Shown piece after piece: positions 52,755 to 64,000 of a DNA stretch of 64,000 bases. Every line of letters starts with the position of its first letter. Positions within the stretch are counted from its first letter, which is position 1. The notes beneath the pieces are model-generated. The model did not search any database, was not told the DNA's origin, and saw nothing but the letters and a program-made list of their open reading frames with translations. Source of the DNA: Octopus vulgaris (taxonomy: Eukaryota). The translations under genes and the position numbers were made by a program. The stretch is taken from the NCBI GenBank assembly GCA_951406725.2, contig OX597829.1, positions 9,920,001 to 9,984,000 on the forward strand, read 5' to 3'.

Positions 52755-53073
52755 TACTAATTTGATTATGGTTTAAATAGACATAAATATAAAAAAAATC
52801 TACCCGTCGTGCAAATTGTTTTGGTTATTTCTCTTAGGAATTCCTCGATTCGCTAAAAATATGGGCACTGTGATAGCAGAATCTTAGAAAGTTACTTCTG
52901 GTTAATTCCTACAAATTTAACCCCAAAACTCGCCCCACCCTATTCCGAACCACTTTTCACAGATTTAGTTTTCACATAGTCAAACACAACAACACACATA
53001 CGTACACATACACACACACACACACTCTCTTTCGCCTTCTTTTACTCACCATCTTCCACCCTCTCTGCCTCTC

Positions 53074-53117
<44 letters not shown>

Positions 53118-53213
53118 TCTCTTCCCCACTGCCATTCGCTTAAAACTCTCACTCTACACCGTCTGTCACTTGTTTTGATACAGACTGAAGTACACGCAAC
53201 ACAGACTCAATCA

Positions 53214-53275
<62 letters not shown>

Positions 53276-53489
53276 GATGTGTTTTAACTGTAAGCATATG
53301 TGTAATGCAAACGCACATACACGTAGACATACGTTCCTGTGTGTTAGCGTAACATACACCCTCGTACGCATACATATACGTGTCAGTATGATTATTTGAA
53401 TGCGTATGTAAATGCACAAATAAAATTGTATCGTGAGTGTATATATATATATATGCATATACAGGGACACACACACACATGTGTATGTG

Positions 53490-53532
<43 letters not shown>

Positions 53533-53601
53533 ATACATATTTATGTTCTACACACGTATATCCCTGTGTATAAGTATTCCATAAATGAACATATATATAC
53601 G

Positions 53602-53641
<40 letters not shown>

Positions 53642-54234
53642 CACACATATATATTTAATATGTATATGTATATATGGCATATATCTTTCTATGAGTGTAT
53701 GTTTCATAGCGTTTTTGTGCGTGTTAGCGCGCACGCGAATTTCCCTAGTTTTAATATCAAGGAATATTATTTCTCTACTCAGCAGAAATGTATTACACAC
53801 ACACACAAACACACACACTAACATTAATACACACATTTACACGCCTCGTCCCCTACCTTACTATCATCATACGCCAGATACAAGTATTATTTTCCTTTTT
53901 TTTCTATATAAGAAATTCCATGTAGCGGAATGGATGGACCTACAACACTTTGGCTGGTGCCACTTTTAGCAGATACCAAACTTAAAGAACCCCGTTTTGA
54001 GATTCAAGTCTAACCCTGCTCCCATCCACCGCCACCTCATTATACTTCCGTTCTCTCATTTGATTTGAGATTTTGTCATAGCTGTTACAGTTTCGATACA
54101 CTCTCTTGACATACTGAGGCACACACACACACACACACACACACATAGGATAGTGGCACAACAATCCTGATCGTGCTTTGTTTTACTTGGAAGTAATCAT
54201 ACAGTATTGAACTATTTAACAATTATACACACAC

Positions 54235-54295
<61 letters not shown>

Positions 54296-54329
54296 TGTGT
54301 GTGCGTGTGTGTGTATGCGTGAGTGTGAG

Positions 54330-54500
54330 CTTGACAATTGGTATTGGTTTATTTACATTTTCGTAACTTAGCAGTTCAGCAAAAGACACGGATAGAATAA
54401 GTAAAAAGAAAAACAGAGCACCGGGATCATTAAGTCGAGTAAAAATTTTTCAAGGTGGTGCCCCAGCTTGGCCGCAGTCTAACAATTAAAAGACAAAAGT
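54330..54500 (+). mobile_element. Major SINE, degenerate 3' half
   Basis: GTAACTTAGCAGTTC...GGTGGTGCCCCAGCTTGGCCGCAG. Confidence 0.65.
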
Positions 54501-54526
54501 CATACATACATGCACACAGTCAGACA

Positions 54527-54561
<35 letters not shown>

Positions 54562-54748
54562 AACATCATATATTATATGTTTGTATATGAGAATGTACAT
54601 GTTCAAAACAGTTTTTAAACTGAGTGAAATGCATGTAAAATCTGACGAATGTCTGCGAGGTGCGTTAAGAATCTCTCTATTTATATGTGATTCTGTGCAT
54701 CTATGTACATGTATGTACGTGTGTGTGTATGTACGTGTGTGTGTATGT

Positions 54749-54788
<40 letters not shown>

Positions 54789-55014
54789 ATTGGATACTGT
54801 ATATTTCAGTGCGCCTGCATCTATTAGTTTCCTGTTTTAGTGTGCGAGTATTTGTACATTTCTGTACATGTTGTCTGTTTATCATTTGTGTGTGTGTGCG
54901 TTTGTTTGTGTATACATCAATGTTCTTCACTGTACTGGTTTCTGTTCGAGGATTGTGTTTAAGTTGTCCTGTGTCTATATATATATGTATATGTATGTAT
55001 GTATACACACACAC

Positions 55015-55061
<47 letters not shown>

Positions 55062-55245
55062 CATACATATATATATATAGTTGATGTATGTATGTATGTA
55101 TGAATCTTTGTCCTTGTGAGTGCCACTATATTGTATATATGTCTATCTGTGATATTAAATGTACGTCTGAGTATGTGTGTGCTTGTATATATTTGTTCAT
55201 ACATGTGCATATGTTTATCTGTATTTGTGCTATGTATGTATGAAA

Positions 55246-55302
<57 letters not shown>

Positions 55303-56898
55303 GCGCGTGTGTTTACTTCCCTGACCATGAATCGCTCAACTTCCTTTAAGAATTGTGGGTAATATTAAGATAAAAATTAGGAAGGATGTAGAAGAACAAG
55401 AGAAAGAGGAGAGAGAGTGTGTGTGTGTATGTGTGTGTGTGAAGGGGTGGAGTAGAAGTTGAAGGAAGAAAAAACTGAAGGAGGTGTAATGCTTTATATT
55501 TAGGCAATGTCTTTAGTTTTTTCTCTTTATTTTGATTTTTTATTTTATTTTGTTATATATTTATTTATTTTATGTTCTCCTCATTCTCCTCCTCCTCCAC
55601 CACCACCACCACCACCACCACCACCGTCGTCTATTCAGTAATCGGTTATCTGTAGCCAGTAGCAAGGAACACACCCTTCTGTCCACTTGCTAGACACATC
55701 TCAGATAACTACTACTACAGTTACAGTTTTGAACATTCCCCAATCCAGAGGGAGGAACTCTGAATCTTTTTACAGTGGCTGTGACAACCAATATGTTTTT
55801 GCTTTCCTCCTCGTGGCAAGCCAGCAACAGTAGAATGAAAAGAAAAAAAAGAGAGAGAAATAAAATAAAAATAATAATAACAGTAATAATAATCTTGGGC
55901 GAATCAAGTCTGCGAACCGTTTATTTCATTTTAAATCGCTTTATTATTATTTTTATTTTATTTTTGTTTTTCTATTTTTTGCGTCTTCTCTACTCTGTAA
56001 CCCATTTCACTTCACTTCATTACGCGTCAACTTAGAAACCACCAAGCAAACCTCTTCTTATACGTGATCACTCCATCTGCTAGAAATAGTAGCCAAATTT
56101 TTCTCTTAAGTCACATGACTTGCTATCTTAAAAAAGAGAGAGAGAGAGATACATTGGATTAGTGAGAAACTCTAGGGAGAGCTGAACAGCGAAAGGCCTT
56201 CGGAGAAGGATCCACCGCATCCCCGATCCTTCTCACATACGCAGAGACACATCTCACGCAAGTGTTTCAGCCCTTAAGTCCTCGAAACACTTGCTTGAGG
56301 GGGTGGGCAGTGATACATGGGATAAGGTAGTTCCAAGTTCATAGCAAATTAATATCAAAAGAAAAAAAAAACGGTCTGATTACGTAGGACTGGAATAACA
56401 CGAATATATGTCTTGCATAATGAGAACCGACCTGAGGGCAAACAACAGCAACTCCAACAACAGCAACAGCAACAAGAACGACACGTCGCCTAAAGCTTCC
56501 ATACTCTTGGGAAAGATCATGGTTTGAAGCCCCGACATGGTTCTCTTTAAATAAATGAAACTTCAGATTTCGTATGGCCTAATACATTTATTCTTCCTTT
56601 TCACTATCAAAAATACCACAAACAAATTAGTTATTAAACACACATACAACTAAAGTAAACAGATCTTCCGTCGCTTTCCGCGATGATTATTACAATTGTT
56701 ATATTGAGTGAACTGAATTATAATGTAAGTGGTTGAGTGTTCCATGGACATTTCTTCCCTTACCGTAATTCTCAGACTTGATACAATGTAACATAGGAGG
56801 TGCGTTTGTGTAATGGGTGTATTTGAGCTGAGGAAGTAATGATTGTAACAATGGATATTTCCTTTAAAAATAATTAATAAATCGCAACCGAGAATTTC

Positions 56899-57297
56899 GG
56901 TGTGGCTGTGTGGCAAGAAGCTAGCTTCCCAACCGCATGGTTTCGGGTTCAGTCCCACTGCGTGTCACTTTGAACAAGTGTTTTCAGCTATAGCCTCGGG
57001 CCGACTAAGTCCATGTGAGTTGATTTAGTAGACGGAAACTGAAAGAAGCCCGTTGTATTGCGCGCGTGCGTGTGTGTCTATCTGTGTTTGTCCCTCCCCC
57101 CACCGATTGACAACTAGTGTCGGTTTGTTTATGTCCCCGTAACATAGCAGTTAGGCTTAAATGACCGATAGAGTGAGTCTTATAGGCTTTAAGAAAAAGT
57201 ACCGTGGTCAATTCATTCGACTAGAAATTCTTCAAGCCGGTGCCCCAGGATGGCCACAATCTAATGATTGAAACAAGTAAAGGACAAAAGATAAAAA
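56899..57297 (+). mobile_element. Major SINE, diverged full-length copy
   Basis: A/B boxes, core and CGGTGCCCCAGGATGGCCACA tail. Confidence 0.85.
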
Positions 57298-57761
57298 GTT
57301 TAAAAAAATGACATTAGGGTTTGAACACCTCATTCGTGTTTCAACGGAAAAGTGAGGTTAGAAGAAGTATACATCTTTAAAAGCAAACAAAAGACACAAA
57401 AGGAAACACAGATAACGACATCTCCTGAGCTGCATACACGTAGCAAAATGGCGAGTTGGTTGCTAGAGCTAGGCACTTGTTCAAATACCTGTTCGTTCGG
57501 GAAGTGTGTGAGGGCGGGGTTGACCTGGAATCAAGCAACAACCAATAATAATGATACCAGAATCAGCAAAGTAACGAAGAACTCTATTCACGAGTTAACG
57601 AAGCATAACAGCCAAATCCTTGTCATATCATCACCACAAAGAAAAAATGGTCATCTTTGATAATAAAGTTCGGTAGTTCTCAGCAGGATGGGATAGTGAC
57701 GGTAGGAATGTTTAAAATCTGCTACACGTATTATCAACTATATACAACACTATACAATAAA

Positions 57762-58335
<574 letters not shown>

Positions 58336-58605
58336 AAGAGGCTCCTTATCTTTCCTGATGAGAAGATGACGTAATGCAATCTTTATTCCTTCGGAATAAA
58401 GAGTATACCGTCTTCGAAACATGTGTCGAGAGTAAAGGAATTTTGTTAATATCTTCGTTCGACTCCATTCTTTTATTTATTCATATAAAAAAAAACACAC
58501 ACAAATTTCCACACCCTTGACATGTAGCTTCAACCGTGTTTTCTAATTTGAATTTGCTACCCAGGTATCGGTTAACCGAATTTTCCATGCTAGGATAATT
58601 CATTC

Positions 58606-58921
<316 letters not shown>

Positions 58922-59733
58922 ACATTTATATATATACACTCACACATACACGCACACACACACATATATATATACATATATATTTACCCAGGCGCATGGC
59001 TATAAACACACACCCATGATATATAGAACACACCCTAATTCATGCAAAAATGAGGCAAACCAACTCTAAAGTGCTAAATGAAATAATATAAGGAGAAACG
59101 TGACTATCGTATTTGTGACAGAAACGGATTTGAAAAGAAAAATAAAAGCACAAAATAAGAAGTAGTTATTCTATACAGACATAGTGTGCACCTCTATCTA
59201 TGTGTTCTTGCGTGTGTACGAACGTGTGTTTTGAATGTATATGTATGAATGAATGAATGTGTGTATCCATCTACGTAGGTAAGCTGGCTATGTATGTGTC
59301 TGGATACATATGTACATGCGTATATGTGTGCTCTTGTATTTGTGTGTGTGTGTGTGCGTGCGTGTGTGAGATACATGCGTGTATGTGTGTGTGTGTATCA
59401 ATATTTAGAGACTCATAGGATATTGGTCTGGAGATTACATCTAAGAAATATCCCAAATGAAATCAAAGAGCACTTATACCCAAACGCGCGCACACACGCA
59501 CATACACACGATACATATTTACATATATATATATATACACTTTAACATACATACATACTTACATACATACATATGTAGGGTAGAGGCAATGACCTAAGAT
59601 AAGAGTTTGAACTCCATCAACCATTAACCAACTCTGTGATTCTGTGTGACCTCTTCTTCAAGATGTGATATTTAGTTTAGCGGTTCTCATTGAGCAGTCT
59701 CATAGCATTGAACTGCTTAGCCATCGCTCTCTT

Positions 59734-59739
59734 CATACA

Positions 59740-59773
<34 letters not shown>

Positions 59774-60154
59774 CATGCATACATATATACATACATACAT
59801 ACATACATGCATGCATACATACATGCATACATACATACATACATAAATACATACATACATACATACATACATACATGCATACATACATGCATGCATGCAT
59901 AATACATACATGCATGCATACATACATACATACATACATGCATACATACATACATGCATACATACATGCATACATACATGCATACATACATACATACATA
60001 CATACATGCATACATACATACATACATACATACATACATACATACATACATACATGCATACATACATACATACATGCATACATACATACATACATACATA
60101 AATACATACATACATACATACATACATACATACATACATACATACATACATACA

Positions 60155-60188
<34 letters not shown>

Positions 60189-60312
60189 CATAAATAAATA
60201 CATATATACATACATACATATATACATAAATACATGCATACATGCATACATACATACATACATACATACATGCATGCATACATACATACATACATGCATA
60301 CATACATACATG
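59734..60312. repeat. (CATA)n/(CATG) microsatellite
   Basis: Seen directly. Confidence 0.96.
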
Positions 60313-60431
60313 CAAATTATATATATATATATACACACACATAAACATATCCATCTCTCTCTATATATATATACATAAGTATGTATATTTATCTATCTCT
60401 CTATATGAGATATATATATGTATACACACAC

Positions 60432-60471
<40 letters not shown>

Positions 60472-60734
60472 ATACGTATATACACTTCTTTCCCTTTGTC
60501 TCTCTGTCTGTCTATCTCCCTCCCCACCTCCTCCCCTCACATATTCTCTATAATTCTCCTTTTTTTTTCTATTTTTCTTTTACCAATTTCTTTCTTTCTT
60601 ATTTCGTTTTCTTTTAACTTTTGTTGCTCTTATTACCGTTTCTTGTTACTTTTGTTGTTATTTTTGCTGCTGTTATCTTCTTCTTCTTCTTCTTCTTCTT
60701 CTTCTTCTTCTTCTTCTTCTTCTTCTTCTTCTTC

Positions 60735-60766
<32 letters not shown>

Positions 60767-60776
60767 CTTCTTCTTC

Positions 60777-60808
<32 letters not shown>

Positions 60809-61227
60809 CTTCTTCTCCTCCTCCTCCTCCTCCTCCTCCTCCTCCTTCTTCTTCTTCTTCTTCTTCTTCTACTCTTTTTCTTCGACTTCTGTTTGTCTTT
60901 TTTCTTTTTTTTGTTCTTTCTTCAGAATGATGGAGATAATGGTTCTAAAGTCTAGTTTGAGTTTATTCAAATTAGTAGTAGTAGTTGTTGTTATTGTCGG
61001 TCGCGGTGTTGTTTTTGGTCTTAGTGTTGTTGTTGCTGTGGACATGTGAGGAAGAATATCCTTGGTAGATAAGATGACAGGGTTTTAGTTAACTTTTGTT
61101 AGAGTCAAAAGTTCTTAGCTGAAGGAAGTGTGACGTTTGAGGAAGTATGTCACATTCACCACACACGTACGCACACACAACACACACACATACACACATA
61201 CACACAACACACTCACATACAAACACA

Positions 61228-61270
<43 letters not shown>

Positions 61271-62527
61271 GCTAACACATACACAAAAGAACGGAGAAGA
61301 AGAAGAAGAAGAAGAAGAAGGAGAAGAAGAAGAAGAAGAAGAAGAAGAAGAAGAAGAAGAAGAAGAAGAAGAAGAAGAAGAAGAAGAAAGGAGATAGATT
61401 GATAAATTTCATAACACACAAATACAACACATACTTACAGACATACATACATGGATACATCCATATATACGCACGTACACACGCACATACATACATGCAT
61501 ACATGCATTCATACATAAATACATACATGCATGCAAGCACACACGCGCGCGCATTGTTTTTGGTGACGATATCTCTTGCGTTACTTAAGATGTGAAAACA
61601 TTAACTGAAGCTAAATATAACCAAACTTCCCTTTCGACATGGGAGTCTCTATCTAGTCGCACGATCTGCAAGAAATAGCAGCTAAATACTGCCCAAAAGT
61701 ATACCTACTATATGTAAAATGGGGGCGGAAAATTTTGATAGAGTATTCTTGCGTGCATACTACCTGAACATTCATGACTTGCATACATTAATGCTCCCGT
61801 TCGTTCGGGACCGAATTAGGGTAAAAAGAAAAAGCCACAATGGAAGCAGTAGCAATACCACCAACACTATTATTATTATTATCAGCCATATTAATAACAG
61901 AACTGAATAATATTTAAAAGTTATTAGGGTTGATGGATTGGCAGAAACCAGCGTTAGACAAAAGGCATGAGTTATTTAATTGTTTCAATGTACGTTATGA
62001 ATTCACGTCCCATATTTCATTTCATTTTTAAGGAATCGTTAAAATAAAGTTTTAAAGAGTCGAATAGTTTAGAGAGATAGAATCGATTGGATTCCATAGA
62101 TTTGAAAAGTTGCGTCTATGTAAATTATTGTTATTCTTCTTTGCGGTCCATCTTCAATACCGAAATATTCTTGCAAGAATATTCCAAAATAGCATGAATC
62201 CCGGCTAAGGTATCTTAAAATATCTAGTTCCGTCCTTCAGCGTTCTGGTTGTAATACTCATCGAGGTTTAGCTTCAACTTTCTTTAATTGTTTAGCATGT
62301 TTTTCTCTTTTTCTTTGTTAGGGGTAGGGAGTAGGAGGGTTTTTTTTCTTAATCTCCAGGTCTAACGAGAACGAACGAACTTCTAATCTTATAATCTGAA
62401 ATATTCCAGACTTGACTCGCCAGTCTAATTCGAGATATGTAGGACTAAATATCCTTTTTTTTCTCTCAAAATATCCGAAAGGCAGCAGTGGATGCGTGAT
62501 TTCAGAGAGACAGATAAATATACCGAA

Positions 62528-62563
<36 letters not shown>

Positions 62564-62575
62564 TGTCACAGTAAC

Positions 62576-62644
<69 letters not shown>

Positions 62645-62859
62645 ATAAGAGAGAGGAACAAACAGAACTGCAGATCGAGAAGCAGTGTAGATGACTAGGG
62701 CTCTTTGTCACAAATCGTCTTTCCGGTTTTGATCATAGTTTTGTTATGTACATGTATGATTAAGAAAACAAGACGGGCAATAGATAGCTCATTTTTTTTC
62801 ACGATAAATTTTGCATTTTTACCTCACAGCTTTATTTAACTTTTCCATGCGAAATCCAT

Positions 62860-63416
62860 ATTGGCAGCGCAAGATCAGACTTTAAGAATGAGTAAGAGTC
62901 TCCACTATGCCGCATCTGTCATAGAGTAGACAAAACTGTTGCCCATATCATGAACAAATGCCATATACTTGCATAAAACCACTACAAGTTAAGGAGACAC
63001 GATGAAGTAGTGAAAGTGCTACATTGCAAACTATGCGAAACGGATCTAGAGAGAGACAAGATGCGATTTGAGCAGAAACCGAAGAGATTTCTCTATCCAA
63101 ACAGATCAGGTGCTAGAGCGTAAGAAACCGGACCTAGCGTGCCCCTTCAAGGCACGAGTAGTCAAGAAGGAAAGTGGAAAAATAGATAAATACAGCGAAA
63201 TAGCTTGGCTATGGAAAATGAAGAAGGTGTAGTTAGTGCCAAGTATCGTTGGTTCCTTGGGGATAGTATCAAAAGGCATCATGAGGAATATGAAAGAAAT
63301 TGTAATAGAGTGCACGGACAGAATAATCAGGAAAGCATTAGATAGTTGAAAAGAACAGATAGAATGGTACCGTAGGCTGCATAGAGCAAGCACGTTACGC
63401 ATCCAACAAAATTTCA
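62860..63416 (+). mobile_element. Old R4/Dong-like fragment ending at (AAT)n
   Basis: AAQDQ, CRIC..TVAHI..C, RRHD, KPDL, DKY and VGSLG remnants in mixed frames. Confidence 0.72.
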
Positions 63417-63485
<69 letters not shown>

Positions 63486-63486
<1 letters not shown>

Positions 63487-64000
63487 CCCTGATGCAGTAC
63501 CAGGCAGTGGCTCTCATGGCTTCTGATCTTAACTGATTGGAAGTGTTATCATGTACATTGTTTTGTCTTGGTATAAAAGATGGGCTACAGCAAATATTCT
63601 GCTCAATACCACAGATTTGCTTGTCAGTTGTTTGACCTTAACCAGTTGAGCATGTCCCTTAGTGGCTGACGATATGTGCATCTCTGATCACGAGCAGAAG
63701 TAGTGGGGGAGCATCATAGCCATGTGTTGAGAGGGATTCTTTGGGGTTTGAATAATTCACCTCTGGAAACATGGGTGGTTCTTTCAACATCCTTAAACAA
63801 CCCTTATTCAGGGACCTTTTGAGTGGGATGGGCTACTCAACCTGAAGAAAATTCTAACTGAGCCCCACCTGCAAGGTCATGTGCTGTTTATCTTGATATG
63901 AGATCATCATGTCGCGCACATATGGTTGTGATGCATGTGCCTGGTGTACCCTTATCAGACGGGTAGTCATGATGGGTATATTGGGCTTCGTATATTTTAC
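63486..64000. mobile_element. Non-coding (TAA)n-associated repeat, copy 2 (runs off the window)
   Basis: Matches 16765-17237; starts directly after (AAT)n. Confidence 0.85.

Overview
Eukaryotic, AT-rich, repeat-saturated genomic DNA. The SINE families and repeat landscape look like an octopus (coleoid cephalopod) genome; this is recognition, not a database result. I find no host protein-coding exon, rRNA, true tRNA or CRISPR array. Nearly all short ORFs in the track are microsatellite translation artefacts. The real coding remnants are all transposons: a 5'-truncated RTE LINE with a 14-bp TSD (0.8-1.8 kb), an R4/Dong-type RLE LINE in (TAA)n (17.5-19.8 kb) plus several R4-like fragments, a Penelope-like element (PLE) with RT, GIY-YIG, inverted pLTR and hammerhead ribozyme (20.5-25.7 kb), a near full-length CR1-group LINE (26.3-30.7 kb), a second decayed PLE (35.3-37.1 kb), mariner and Tc1 relics (44.4-46.2 kb), Helitron-type non-autonomous elements and many tRNA-derived SINEs. 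The least expected signal is about a dozen type I hammerhead-ribozyme (HHR) folds from several unrelated sequence families. Most sit in short non-coding units embedded in (TA)n. Several form fold-back palindromes or HHR-to-HHR tandem monomers (retrozyme-like). Some carry catalytic-core variants (G3-C8 swap, U3-A8, U4C) or a very long stem II. All folds were derived by eye and boundaries of decayed elements are approximate.
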